A DNA stretch of 64,000 nucleotides from Octopus vulgaris (GCA_951406725.2 OX597838.1:2170001-2234000), one strand, 5' to 3'; shown: positions 29,564-41,950, counted from the stretch's first letter. Numbers and translations are program-made. The notes: generated from the sequence alone by a model not told the origin.

Positions 29564-29587
29564 TGTGTGTGTGTGTGTATGTATATG

Positions 29588-29634
<47 letters not shown>

Positions 29635-30259
29635 CTGTATATACGTAGAGCTATTTTTCGCTCCTCTATTCAATCCCAACCAACACATTAACAGCTTACA
29701 CATTTTTCCAAGGTGGTTAATACTGCACAGATTTCCGCTGTTTTTCTCTCGCCTCTATATTAATAATAAATATCAGATTTGATATTTTGATATTTTCTAT
29801 CGGCCATTATGGTTCCCTTTTATATTTCGTTTTCCGCCAATCAGCTTTTCGTTTTCCCGCTATTTTTGCGTTTTCCCTCTTAAATTGACAATAAGCCATC
29901 TGTCACTGCTGGCTTCTCTTTAGCGTTTAGCCTTATCTCAAGTCCCTTTCAAGATTTTCATTCAGATCTTCCGGATTGCCGATCGCAGCGATTTATATGA
30001 GTATTCTGCACGCGCGGTGTGTGTGTGTGTGTATGTATTTTTGTTTTAATGCGTGTCTGTGTGTGCGTGTCTGTGTATGGGAATGTGTGTGTATGTGAGA
30101 GGTTGCGTGTAAATGCGTGTGTATATGAATGGGTTGTTGCATGTGTTTATGTTTTATATGTGTATGGATAGATGCATGTATATATGTGTGTGTATGGATA
30201 GATGTATGTATATATGTGTAGTTAGGTCTATGTGTTTGTAGGTATGTATGATCTCTTCT

Positions 30260-31527
30260 GGTTTTGAATACTTGAAGTCTTCGAGTTCGGAAGGAGTTGG
30301 ATTCTAGCAAAGATACAAAGCTCCATTGTTGAAATGTAGATAACAAAAACAAATTCACATTTTAAACCTGAGAAAAGTCTCGCATAATTTTACTGTTCCG
30401 CTGACAGAATGTATTTTTTTTAATGTGCGAGTTATTTGGTTGATTTCTTTACGGAAAACCCTAGCTTATCCAGATTGTCACCGAGGCATTTACAAACAAA
30501 AGCGAGCGGACCAATTATTATTGGTATAAATGGGAAGTTATAATCTAGATATTGAATCGAATGATTTCAAAGAAGTTGTCCATAGTTATTCGTTTTCTCA
30601 TTGATTTTCGTTGAGATAGACACATCAGCAAAACATGTATTCTAGTATGTACCTGTGCATGTGTGTGTTTGCATGCTTTCGTACGTGTGTGTGTATGTGT
30701 GCATGCATATATGTGTGCGTGCGTGCGTCTGTATGTGCGTGTGTGCGTGTGTGTGTGTGTATCTGTGTGTGTATATGCGCGTTATGCTTTCGCTACTCTC
30801 CTTTCTTTGTTAGAATTCTTTCAAGAAGGAAGAAACCGGTTCCTGATATTAAATAAAAACTTCTGCAATCGCATTTTCATAACAATGGCTATTCTTACAA
30901 ACTGAACTTCAGCAAAGTCTTGCATATATTTACTCTTTCACCTACTGATTGTGTCTGTAACATGAATGTTAACAGTTTCCTTTGCTTGAAGATCTTAGAT
31001 TTCGCTGATTATGTATGTATGATTTTTCTTTCAATTTAATTACTGAGGGGGCTATCAAAGCTCCAAGACTTTTTAAATTAAGAAAGTTCCCAGTGTTTGT
31101 AAAAATGAGGTTGGTTGAACTGTCGATGCATGCACCCAAATGTGTGTATCTATTCACATAGGAATTTCATATAGTGAATTTTTGAATGTCTTACACATCT
31201 TCACTGTGCTACTAATAAAATGGATTGCATGTTTGTCTCTTCTAATTATTAATTATTATAAATCTTCCACTGAGGAAGGAGCTGGTTTCCAACAAAGATA
31301 CAAGGCTCCAACTTTGGGATGTAGTTAACACAGACGAATCCACATTTGGAACTTGAGAAAAGTCTTGCATATTTTTATTGTTCCACTTACAGATTGCACT
31401 TGGAATGTACGAATTATCCGGTCGATTTCTTTTTCTGGAAATCCCAGTTTATCCATATACTCTTTTAAGTATTTACTAACAAAACCTAGTGCTCCAAATA
31501 TTATTGGCATGAATATAAACTTGTGCA
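30260..31527 (-). mobile_element. Four successive 3'-end fragments of one RLE LINE family
   Basis: A C-terminal ..C(K/E)T(F/L)L(K/R)F-like motif occurs four times (about 30356, 30897, 31178, 31343). PIII/FGALGF motifs occur in copies 1 and 4, and CAAAGATACAA(A/G)GCTCCA is shared in the UTRs. Confidence 0.8.
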
Positions 31528-31629
31528 TTCCTCCTCACAAACATGTGTATGTATACATGGATATACATACAGGTATTTTATATTATATAAGAAGTGTACA
31601 AATGTACTTATACACACACAAATATATGC

Positions 31630-31669
<40 letters not shown>

Positions 31670-31686
31670 TTATGCGGTTTTATTAT

Positions 31687-31720
<34 letters not shown>

Positions 31721-31826
31721 GCATATATTTGTGTGTGTATAAGTACATCTCTACACTTCCTATATAATATAGGATACCTGTATGTATATCCATACACATT
31801 TTTGTGAAGAGGAATGCACAAGTTTA

Positions 31827-31830
<4 letters not shown>
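31512..31830. repeat. Diverged fold-back inverted repeat around a (TA)n core
   Basis: 31512-31633 versus 31716-31830: reverse complements differing by about 7 substitutions and one 8-bp indel. Confidence 0.9.
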
Positions 31831-31868
<38 letters not shown>

Positions 31869-32424
31869 TACGCGTGTGTGTGTATGTATGTATACACGTG
31901 ATATGTTAGCTTGAGTATATGTGTATATAGTTACAAGTGTATTTTGGTATACGTATGTATCTGTGTACAGATATATGTGTATATGCGTGTCTATACATAT
32001 ATATTTCTCTTTTTACATGCATAAATGTAAAAAGAGAAATATATGTACCTGTGTGTATGTGTACAAATATACGTGCGTGTACGTAGAGATGTGGGTGTGT
32101 GTGTATACATCACTTTTTGGATATGTATATATGGATATGTGTACCCTTAACCTCTGTCGAACATATCTATTCTGGATGAATAGTTAATGCCGTTTCTTTG
32201 AAGCCCGAAATTCTGCAGAAGAAATGCAGATATTTTCAACAAGAAACGGTTAAGTGGAAATGGCAGAATTCTGAAATATCTACTGTTTCTTGGCATGATA
32301 AAAACAGGACAATAACAGATTTACAGCTCTGGCGAAGGAACACTCATATACACAGTTAAATATATATATATATATATATATAATATATATGTGTATGTGT
32401 AAATATATATATATATATATATAT

Positions 32425-32653
32425 TCATTCCTCTTTTATTCTTTTACTTGTATCAGTCATTTTGACTGCAGCCATGCTGGAGCACCGCCTTTAGTCGAGC
32501 AAATCGCCCCCAGAACTTATTATTTGTATGCTTACTGCTTATTCTATCGGACTCTTTTGCCGAACCGCTAAGTTACGGGGACGCAAACACATCACCATCG
32601 GTTGTCAAGCGATGTTGGGAGACAAACACAGATACACAAACATATACACACAT

Positions 32654-32684
<31 letters not shown>

Positions 32685-32840
32685 CATATATACGATGGGC
32701 TTCTTTCAGTTTCCGTCTACCAAATCCACTCACAAAGCTTTGGTCCACACTAGGCTATAGTAGAAGACACTTGCCCAAGGTGCCATGCAGTTAGACTGAA
32801 CCCGGAACCATGTGATTGGTAAGCAAGCTGGTTACCACAG
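32425..32840 (-). mobile_element. Near full-length CORE-like tRNA SINE
   Basis: Head, CCTTGGGCAAGTGTCTT core, internal (TA)/(TG) tract and tail TGACTGATACAAGTAAAAG are all present. Confidence 0.9.
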
Positions 32841-32962
32841 TCAACTTTGCCTTTCATCCTTTTCGGGCTCCATGAAATAAATACCAATCGAGCACTGGAG
32901 TCAATTTAATCGGACTCTTCTCCTGACTCGAAATTGCTGGCCTTGTGGCAAAATTGGGAATC
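32838..32962 (+). mobile_element. Nin-domain SINE, 3' part
   Basis: GTCAACTTTGCCTTTCATCCTTTCGGG...GAAATTGCTGGCCTTGTGGCAAAATT. Confidence 0.75.
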
Positions 32963-34167
32963 CAAATAATTGCTGCTACTACGGCTACTACTACTTCTAC
33001 TACTACAACTATTGTATTAGAAGTATTTAATTGAGTGTTACATATTTAAGCTAATTAGACGAATAATTTGTTTCATTAATCATAATTTCAGTCAAATGAA
33101 AAATGAACAAATCATTCACCTGGATTAATGATTAATGATTGAAGAGAAAGGCAAGCGGTGCGTTGAAGTATAATTTAAATTAGTTCTAGATTAAATAGGA
33201 CGGTGAGCACGCAAGGGGGGGGAGTGTTTCATCTTTGTAGACATGTTCCGCTCTTATTATACCTCATCAGTGAATTGTAGTTTTACAGGTTTTACATAGA
33301 TTGAAGAATAAGTGAGTGAATGAAATATTTGAATGGAAAGTATTTTCGGTACTTTTATGTAATGAATGAGAAAGAGAGAAAGAGAGAGAGAGAGAGAGAG
33401 GGTATGTGTATGTTTGAAAGAGAAGGAGAGAGGGGAGTACGTTTTTCCATCGATATTTTTAATCTAAAGACTATGCAATTAACTGGATAATTAACATACT
33501 TAAGGGAGCAAAAAACAATGGTTGAATTAATTAAAATTTTATCCGTAATGAAGGAAACGAAATCATGAATGTTGGGGATTTATTTTTGCTGAGAAACACA
33601 AAGGATAATCATCCGATATCCGAAGTATTTAGAAAACGAATGGGAGAGGCTGGGAGAGACTGGGGTAGTGAAAACTTTCAGAACAGTGACATCAACTCAG
33701 TGTGTATCTATTCACCGCATGAACAGAATTATCGATACGAAATGGAACTTTTTAAGCAAAGTTATAAACACACGAATAATAATCTTACTTTTAGCGCCAT
33801 CGTGAAATGAATAGCAAAAGTTGAACAATAAGACTCACAGTAGTGAGAGTAACGAATCGAAATGACTAATCGCTTGACTTCGGCGTCGTTAAAGCCATAG
33901 GCGGGATTCGTCTGCATTTACTGAGCAAAACATTTGTTTAAACTTTGTTTAAAATTTTAATATCATATATGATGTAGGTGTTCCAAAACCTTCATAAATA
34001 CATATACATTCATGACTGCATGTATTATATACACCCTCGCCACATATATATGTACGTATATGTATGTGTATACACATACATAGATATATACGCACACACA
34101 CATACGCACACATACACACATGCATGCACACACATACATACACACACTCACACGCGCGCACAAACAC

Positions 34168-34260
<93 letters not shown>

Positions 34261-34690
34261 CAAATTTACAAATAAGAAGGTAAAGAGAAATTGTATCGCA
34301 TCTTTAATGACTTGTACCGACTCTATTTACCAGTTCAGCTAATCTATCCAAAATAAGATTTATATAATATTAGCGGTTTAAAATCTCAGAGTGGCAGTTC
34401 TGATGGTTAAGCCTGTCCTTCAAACAACTGGAACTGGTCATTAAGTGTGTGACAAAACTTTTTTTTATCTTCTTACTTGGATTATATCTTAATCTTTACT
34501 AACCCACACAATATTTTTACATTTGTGATACCCGAATTTTCTACACCTGAAGAATTTCGATTTTACTTAAGACTATAATCCGACAACATAGATAGCCTAA
34601 AGATCTGGTTGAGTGATGCATCGGAAATATCCCCTCGTTCTACTCTCATAGATTCTTCGAAAATTCATTACATACCCATATATATATATA

Positions 34691-34908
34691 CATGATTCAA
34701 AATGTGACCGCGTGTGTACCGTTGGCGATTTTTTCCTCCGTCTTCCCTTCTTTGGATCTTTGCTTTTCCAACGTTTCTGACGAAGAGCTCCGCTCGAAAC
34801 GTTAAACCCTCATTCTTTCCTTCTTTCCTGAGCGTCTAATAATACTATACTTGTTCCACGTCCTCGCGTTGTTGTGTTTTCTCTTTGTGTTTTCATGTTT
34901 GGATTAAC
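34691..34908 (+). mobile_element. Short pyrimidine-rich HHR-bearing element (PLE pLTR-like) flanked by (TA)n
   Basis: ORF-less, has (TA)n on both sides, and shares layout with 46310-46500 and 62197-62385. Confidence 0.7.
34773..34807 (+). ncRNA. Minimal type I hammerhead ribozyme motif
   Basis: GTTT-CTGACGA-A-GAGC(TCC)GCTC-GAAA-CG-TT-AAAC: stem I GUUU/AAAC, stem II GAGC/GCUC, palindromic ACGU instead of a stem III loop. Confidence 0.75.
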
Positions 34909-34950
34909 TATATATATATATATATAATATTAACTGGGTTACAGCAGTGC

Positions 34951-35069
34951 TCACAAAGCCACTCACCTGACGATATGCGAATAAATAATATCTATATAAT
35001 ATTTATATGGGAAAACTCAGAAAGTAACAGCTATTACTGATGCACAGAAACAATTGTAGTGTTTTGTGA
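34951..35069 (+). ncRNA. Type I hammerhead ribozyme motif with long loop II
   Basis: TCACAAAG..CAC-CTGACGA-TATGCG...TGCACA-GAAA-C(AATT)G-TA-GTG-TTTTGTGA. Predicted cleavage after GUA (35058); palindromic CAAUUG at stem III. Confidence 0.75.
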
Positions 35070-36235
35070 TTAAAGTCTAGTCATTCCATGTTTTATGTTT
35101 TATAAATTTATGTACATCATTTTGATGTGTTACCATGGCAATTTGACTGGGTTATATATATTATCAGCGAAAAGCATTACAGGAAGCTTAATACACCTCC
35201 TGAAAATATTGTTCAGGGTGAGTTCTTTTTCTTGTGTGACTAGAAACATCTCCGAGGGTTTTACAAAGACATCAAAAGTGGCGGATTTAAAACTATGATA
35301 TAACTACGAAAGACAAGGGGGTCGTTTTAGAAAGTTTATGGAAACGGATTTGAAAAATGAAGTGTTAAAAATGGAGGGTATCAATGTGTGTATTGGAAAG
35401 ATGGTGCAGTGAATTGAGTAACGGTGATAGTAAATGAGGGGGGAATTTGGAAGGAAGAGAGAGAGGAGCTGAGAGAGAGAGAGAGAGTGAATTCTCTTGT
35501 TGAATACAAAAGTATTGATTCGTTGTTAAATATAAATCTATATTTAACTTGTAACTATCTACCCCCTCACCCCACCCCACCCCGTATCTTAGTTTCCACT
35601 CATCCGTTTATCTTTCTATATCTTTTCTATGTCTGTATCAGTTTCCCAATCTGTGTATCTGTCACCGTTTGTGTATGCGTGTATGTGTGTATGTGTGTGT
35701 GTGTGCGCGTGTGTGTGTGTCTTCATGCAACTATCATTTTACGTATATATATCTGTGTGCCTTTGTACCTGCGTATGTCGAATTCTCTGTCTGTTTGTCT
35801 TACTGTTTTAATTGTCAGTTATTTATGGAATATCTCAATTCATTAACTCTGATGTTTTGGTGCTTCTTGTTTCCAAGACGCAGAGAAATTCGCTGCCGCT
35901 TAACGTCATGTCAAAACGAACGCCACACACAATCACAAATACATAGGATCGCATAATTTCAGACGTACGAAAGAACGTAGACGCATGTACACACACAGAT
36001 ACACAACTGTATGTGGGCATGCATTATGTTTTACATACGTTCATATGTCAATATGTATGTTGTTGTTGTTGTTGTTGTGTGTGTGTTTATTGCGTGTTCG
36101 TTTCTTTTTGCATCTATAATTTTATTTTTGATCTTCTATAAAAAATGAAGATATATCCTTTACTTTGCTGTTTTTCTTTACACGAAATGAGAAGTTACAT
36201 TGCAGAACTGTTATGTTAACGAGTTATATCCATCC

Positions 36236-36341
36236 ATCACCTGAAGAGACACATCTGCACCGCTGGACGCTCCTGAACCAGTTGTTAAGTGTCCCACCAT
36301 TGAGAGATCGATGCTAGATGTGTCGAAACGACAGTCGTGAT
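36236..36341 (+). ncRNA. Canonical-core type I hammerhead ribozyme
   Basis: ATCAC-CTGAAGA-GACACATCT...AGATGTGTC-GAAA-C(GACA)G-TC-GTGAT: 5-bp stem I, perfect 9-bp stem II, GUC site at 36334-36336; distal ACGAG/CTCGT pairing can extend stem I. Confidence 0.85.
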
Positions 36342-36384
36342 TAATAATAAATTCTCGTATATTCCGTCATACATCTTTCATTTG

Positions 36385-36467
<83 letters not shown>

Positions 36468-37229
36468 CGGTGTGCGGTTCTCGTGCACCAACACCTCAAT
36501 TTTCAGGACGTCGGATCACCCCAGTATGTCTGTGTCTGAGATCCGCAAGAACCAGCCATCATTTAGAATATGTCTCAGAGCGTCCGGGGACCCTTAGCAT
36601 GATGCTTGTAAAGATCCCATGTCTCACATGAGTAAAGGAGCAACATCAATACACATGCACGCTATGCAGCAACATTCCCTCGCTTTGCGATGCCATGTTG
36701 GGACCAGATCCGAAGCCCAAGTGCCCCGAATAAATTAGCTGCCTTCTGAAGCCTTAAAGATATTTTATCTTCCGTTTAATATCATACACTTCCACTATCT
36801 TACAGTGTTATATTGTACCATACATCACACCATACTACACTGTACCATACTATACACACACCACTCACTACAATATACAGAACCATTTTTGATCCACTGT
36901 GAGGGAATTTGTGGTGCCCATGGTTTAAGGTAGGAGGTCCTCCAAGACCTTTCAGATCAAAAGCCATACATCTTAGCGTACCACTCATCACTCTTTCACT
37001 TACAGGTGAACATCTTTCACAACAAGTCACAATAACAGACTGGAAAGAGATTCATCAGTCACCATACTGTGCTACACCGCCACAACACCGCCATAGCACC
37101 AACACCTCCGCAACCCCTCCGCCAAATCTGTGCAAAAATCTTTAACAATATGAAAGTGAAGTAAATTAAGTATTAACGACAAATTAATTAATTAATAACG
37201 ATATAAATAATAATAATAATAATAATAAC

Positions 37230-37263
<34 letters not shown>

Positions 37264-37283
37264 CTAATAATAACAATAATAAA

Positions 37284-37338
<55 letters not shown>

Positions 37339-37455
37339 TTAACAAAAGATGTAAATGGTTTGTAAATTAATAAAGAGTTCAAAGGAACGTAGTCTGACGT
37401 GAAATTTGTAACCAGGGCAAATGCAACAACGGCAACAACAACAACAACAACCATT

Positions 37456-37490
<35 letters not shown>

Positions 37491-37884
37491 GGCGGCTGCG
37501 CTGACAAGAAAAACTGCAACGATGATGAGCTGAAGTACATCAAAAGCTACGAATAATAACGGCAGCCAACAACAATAACAACAACAATTATAGCAAGAAC
37601 ATAAACGGTTACAGCAAGATTAACTAAATGAATAGCAGGAACAACAACAACAACAACTACTACTACTACTGCTGCTGCTGCTACTACTACGATGGCTACG
37701 ACCACTGCTACTACCGCTACTACTACTACTGCGACTGCTACTGCTGCTGCTGTTTTTGCTGTTGTTGCTACTGCAACAACAACAACAACAAAAACTGGTG
37801 CAACAATATCTCGAGCAATAACATCGACAATATCTGCAACAATTATGACAACAGCATGCATCGCATGCATAAATACAGATGAGA

Positions 37885-37901
37885 GATAGATGGGATAGAT
37901 G

Positions 37902-37954
<53 letters not shown>

Positions 37955-37978
37955 GCAGGCAGATAAACAGATAGATAT

Positions 37979-38049
<71 letters not shown>

Positions 38050-38086
38050 TAAAGATAGATAGATAGATAGACAGACAGATAGATAT

Positions 38087-38164
<78 letters not shown>

Positions 38165-38185
38165 CGATAGAAAGATAGATAGATT
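37885..38185. repeat. (GATA)n/(GA)n microsatellite
   Basis: Directly visible. Confidence 0.95.
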
Positions 38186-38378
38186 GACACACAAAGGTAC
38201 ACACGCACACATGCACTTTAGGGTACGTCTCGTATGCGTGATCCACCTCACCAATCACGTCGCACGAAAATGAAGGATATATAATAAAATGATTTGTTAT
38301 TTGCCTTCATTTTATATACCCGGGGCATGTATTGCGTGACTTGCATTCATACAGGAAACGCCTGACGTATATATGTGC

Positions 38379-38429
<51 letters not shown>

Positions 38430-38486
38430 CGTGTGTGTGTGCCCGTGTGTGTTTCTGTGTGTGTATATATATCTATATCTATCTAT

Positions 38487-38528
<42 letters not shown>

Positions 38529-39171
38529 GCATACACACATGAAGTTTTAGAATATTCATATATATGCTGACAGCTATAAACAAAGGCCTTATCATTTCCC
38601 CACCTCATCACTTAGTGTTATCTCTGTATACAGCACAATTACCACCAACGCTTCAATACAAATCCGACTCCCACTCTCTTCCCCTCACGTTCTTTCTCTC
38701 TCTCCCCTATACAGAAAAACACCTATGCACCCACTTTTTCTCTCCTCTCTGTATCATCATGTACCTTTGACCATTATCGAATCTAACCAAGAATCAGTCT
38801 ACCAGCCTCGCCACACATCCTCATCTGCCAATCCAGAAAGTCAATCAGCCACCCACTTTAATGCATGTCTCTAAAGTGAGCGCTGCCTTATCTGCAGGAA
38901 ATCTACAATTATTTTGTTATGTTTTAAAAGTTTAGATTTGGATTTTGTTTACTGCTTCTAGATTTATTATTATTTTACCGTTAATTATTTGTTGTCAAGT
39001 AATAGATTCTGTTATGTGAGAAGTGTGACCTACGAAGGAGGATGGTTGTGATTCATATACGCTGCGCCAGTTGAACACTGTATCGATTGTATAGTATCAA
39101 TGGATCGTAATTGTATGGAACGTGAGTTGTTCCTACAATAGAGACGGGTGTCGCGTATGTGTGAGAAGATA

Positions 39172-39595
39172 CAGGCGCAGGCGTGGCTGTGTAGTAAGAA
39201 GTTTGCTTCCCAGCTACATTAGTTCGGGTTCAGTCCCACGGTGTGACACCTTGGGCAAGTGTCTAATACAATGTGAGTAGATTTGGTACAATGTGGGCAA
39301 GTGTCTACTACCTTGGGAGTAGATTCGGTACACGGAAACTAAAAGAAGCCCGTCGTATATATGTGTGTGCGTATGTTAGTGTGTATGTATGTGTGTGTGC
39401 GTGCGTATGTGTATGTATGGGTGTGTGTGTGTGTGGGTGGATGGGTGGTTGGGTGTGTTACTGTCTGTGTTTCTCCATACCGCTTGACGGCAGAGGTTGG
39501 TGGGTTTACTTAGAGGATCAGCAGAAGGGTATCGATACAATAAGAACCAAGCTTAAACAGAGAATCTGTGTCGCGGTCGATTCCTTCGAATGAAA
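39172..39595 (+). mobile_element. CORE-like tRNA SINE
   Basis: GGCGCAGGCGTGGCTGTGTAGTAAGAAG...GGGTTCAGTCCCAC..CCTTGGGCAAGTGTC, with a small internal duplication. Confidence 0.85.
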
Positions 39596-39711
39596 ATTCG
39601 CAGAAACTATTAAAAGACAAAAGACTTGTGTCTCTGGTGTTTTTCCTTTTAGCAAGTAATGTTTGTATCGAATGGGAGTAGGCATTATAGTTTCATGGTG
39701 TTTGCGTACAT

Positions 39712-40487
39712 CAGGGGTTCTGAACCGGGTCCACATGACCCTTAGGGGTTCAGAGGATTCTTCTGTGTCCACAAGGTGCGTGTGGGGTTCACAAGATTTT
39801 GTTGTTAAAATTTATGAACTATAAATTAGTAAAAATCATTTCTGCATAAACACATAAAGCATTCCGTTATTCTTTTACTTGACTGCGGCCATGCTGGAGC
39901 ATCGCTGCGAAGGGTCTTAATTAAACAAATCGAACCCTGGACTAATTGCTGTAAATCGTAGTACTTGTATCGGTTTCTTTTCCCGAATCGCTAAGTTACA
40001 AGGACGTGAACATACCAACACACGTCGTCAAGCGTTGATGGGGTGGGGTGGGGGCAATGACACAAAGATACACACATAAATAAACACACACACATACATG
40101 CGCGCACGTACACACGCACACGCACGCGCGCGCTCATACACACACACCTATATATATATATATATATATACGAAGGACTTCTTTCAGTTTCCGTCTACCA
40201 AATCCACTGACAAGTATTTGGTCGGTCTGAGCCTATAGCAGAAAACTCTTGCCCAAGTTGTCATGCAGTGGGACTGAACCAGGAACCATGTAGCCGAGAA
40301 TCAAACTGCTTACCACACAGCCACGCCTGCGCCTATTTCAACATTTTTTTAAAAGACAATTCTTAAAACTGTTTAATTATAAAACTATGATTGCAATTTT
40401 TAAACACGGAATGCTTATAATGGTCGAATAGAGTGAAATGGGAATCAGATGTGGTCCACAGGGACAGAAAATGTTTGGGAACCCCTG
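39712..40487. mobile_element. hAT (Charlie-like) MITE interrupted by a SINE
   Basis: TIRs CAGGGGTTC (39712) and GAACCCCTG (40479-40487); degenerate 8-bp TSD GCGTACAT/GAGTAGAT with central TA. Confidence 0.75.
39868..40335 (-). mobile_element. Full-length CORE-like SINE nested in the hAT MITE
   Basis: Head CTTACCACACAGCCACGCCTGCGCC through tail GACTGCGGCCATGCTGGAGCA. Confidence 0.9.
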
Positions 40488-40583
40488 GAGTAGATTTTGT
40501 GTTGTGTTGGTTGCGGTGTTTTTAATTGGACATTAAACGATTGTCCGTTATTTTGTTTTGTAGATGGGTGGTTGGGTGTGTTA

Positions 40584-41025
40584 CACCAACCCATGCAGAA
40601 ATACATACACACACACACACACACACACGCGCGCGCGCGCACACACACACAAACACACACAAACACACACAAACACACACAAACACACACACATACACGC
40701 ATATATATATATATATATATATGCATGTATATATACATGTAGATGTTTGGGGGCACAACCTTCATATATACATGTAGATGTTTGGGGGCACAACCTTCAT
40801 GAATTTTTAGTCGAATGAATTGAACACACTACTCATGGAATTTTGAGCCTGGTATTTATTTCTTGGACGCTTTACGGGGACGTAATCGCACCAACAACTG
40901 TCAAGAGTGATGGGGATAGACACAGACACAAAGTCAAACACCAACCCATGCAGAAATACATACACACACACACACACACGCGCGCGCGCGCACACACACA
41001 CAAACACACACAAACACACACACAT

Positions 41026-41059
<34 letters not shown>

Positions 41060-41083
41060 GCATGTATATATACATGTAGATGT
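40584..41083. repeat. ~150-bp direct duplication flanking a SINE fragment, plus a ~35-bp tandem duplication
   Basis: CACCAACCCATGCAGAAATACATAC...GCATGTATATATACATGTAGATGT at 40584 and 40939; GTAGATGTTTGGGGGCACAACCTTCAT occurs twice. Confidence 0.85.
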
Positions 41084-41153
41084 CGGTACGTACATATATG
41101 TTTGTATGTATGCATATATTTTATTTATTACACTATATATATATATATATATA

Positions 41154-41490
41154 TGATAATAAAATTCAGGGTCCAATATGGACCTGTTTACTTAAAGAAG
41201 AGTTAAAACCCTCCTAAACCACGCGTCTCTCAATTTATGTAAACACGCACGGAGAATATAACAAATATATTTCTCCGAAACAGTCCTCCCCCTTGTAAAA
41301 ACAAGAATGTTCAGTGTTGACTTTTTTCTATTATCCATTCATTTCGCTTTGTGTGTCGATCCAACACATGAAGCCCGTCAGCTAGACTTACTGTGTAAAC
41401 ATATAGAGTAAGAGATGCGTGGTTTTGGCGTGTTTTCCTTTACTCTAAGCAAACAGATGTACATTGTACCCTGACTTTTGATATATATCA
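41154..41490 (+). mobile_element. Short element with ~85-bp diverged inverted ends and a half HHR
   Basis: AAAATTCAGGGTCCAATATGGACCTGTTTACTT..AAACCACGCGTCTCT matches the reverse complement of 41385-41480; inside is GGAGAA...TTCTCC-GAAAC-A-GTC. Confidence 0.65.
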
Positions 41491-41585
41491 TATATTTTGA
41501 ATATTTCGCTTATGTTTGCTGGCCACTTTATCATTATTTTTATAGATCAATATAACCTATTGGAATTTTATATAAATATCAATAC

Positions 41586-41671
<86 letters not shown>

Positions 41672-41702
41672 TTATCTATTTATCTATCATCTATCTATCT
41701 AT

Positions 41703-41948
41703 TGATCGTTTTTTTCCTCTCCCCCTTTTTTCCTCTTTTTTCTTCTTTTGTCATTATTCTTTTCTTTTTTTCCCTTTTTTCTTTTTTTTCATTTTTTCTT
41801 TTTTCTTTTTTTTTTGTTCTTTTTTCCCTTTTACGATCCCTTTTGATCGAAAATCTACGCCACATTTTTTTTTTTCTCCCCCAAAAGAAAAGCTCTACCT
41901 TGTAACTTGTCCCATCTGTGTGCAGCCCTGTGTGGCCAATAAAGAAAC

Positions 41949-41950
<2 letters not shown>
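41703..41950 (+). mobile_element. Short T-rich interspersed element between microsatellites
   Basis: Non-simple tail CTTGTAACTTGTCCCATCTGTGTGCAGCCCTGTGTGGCCAATAAAG; GATC...GATC-GAAA may be a decayed HHR stem II. Confidence 0.4.

Noticed and set aside
33225-33272. Minus-strand CTGATGA...GAAAC
   Set aside because: No stem II or stem I pairing.
34547-34665. CTGAAGA followed by GAAA
   Set aside because: Stems do not place GAAA and a cleavage triplet correctly.
36880-37140. Possible CR1 RT remnant on the minus strand
   Set aside because: Similarity too faint to support.
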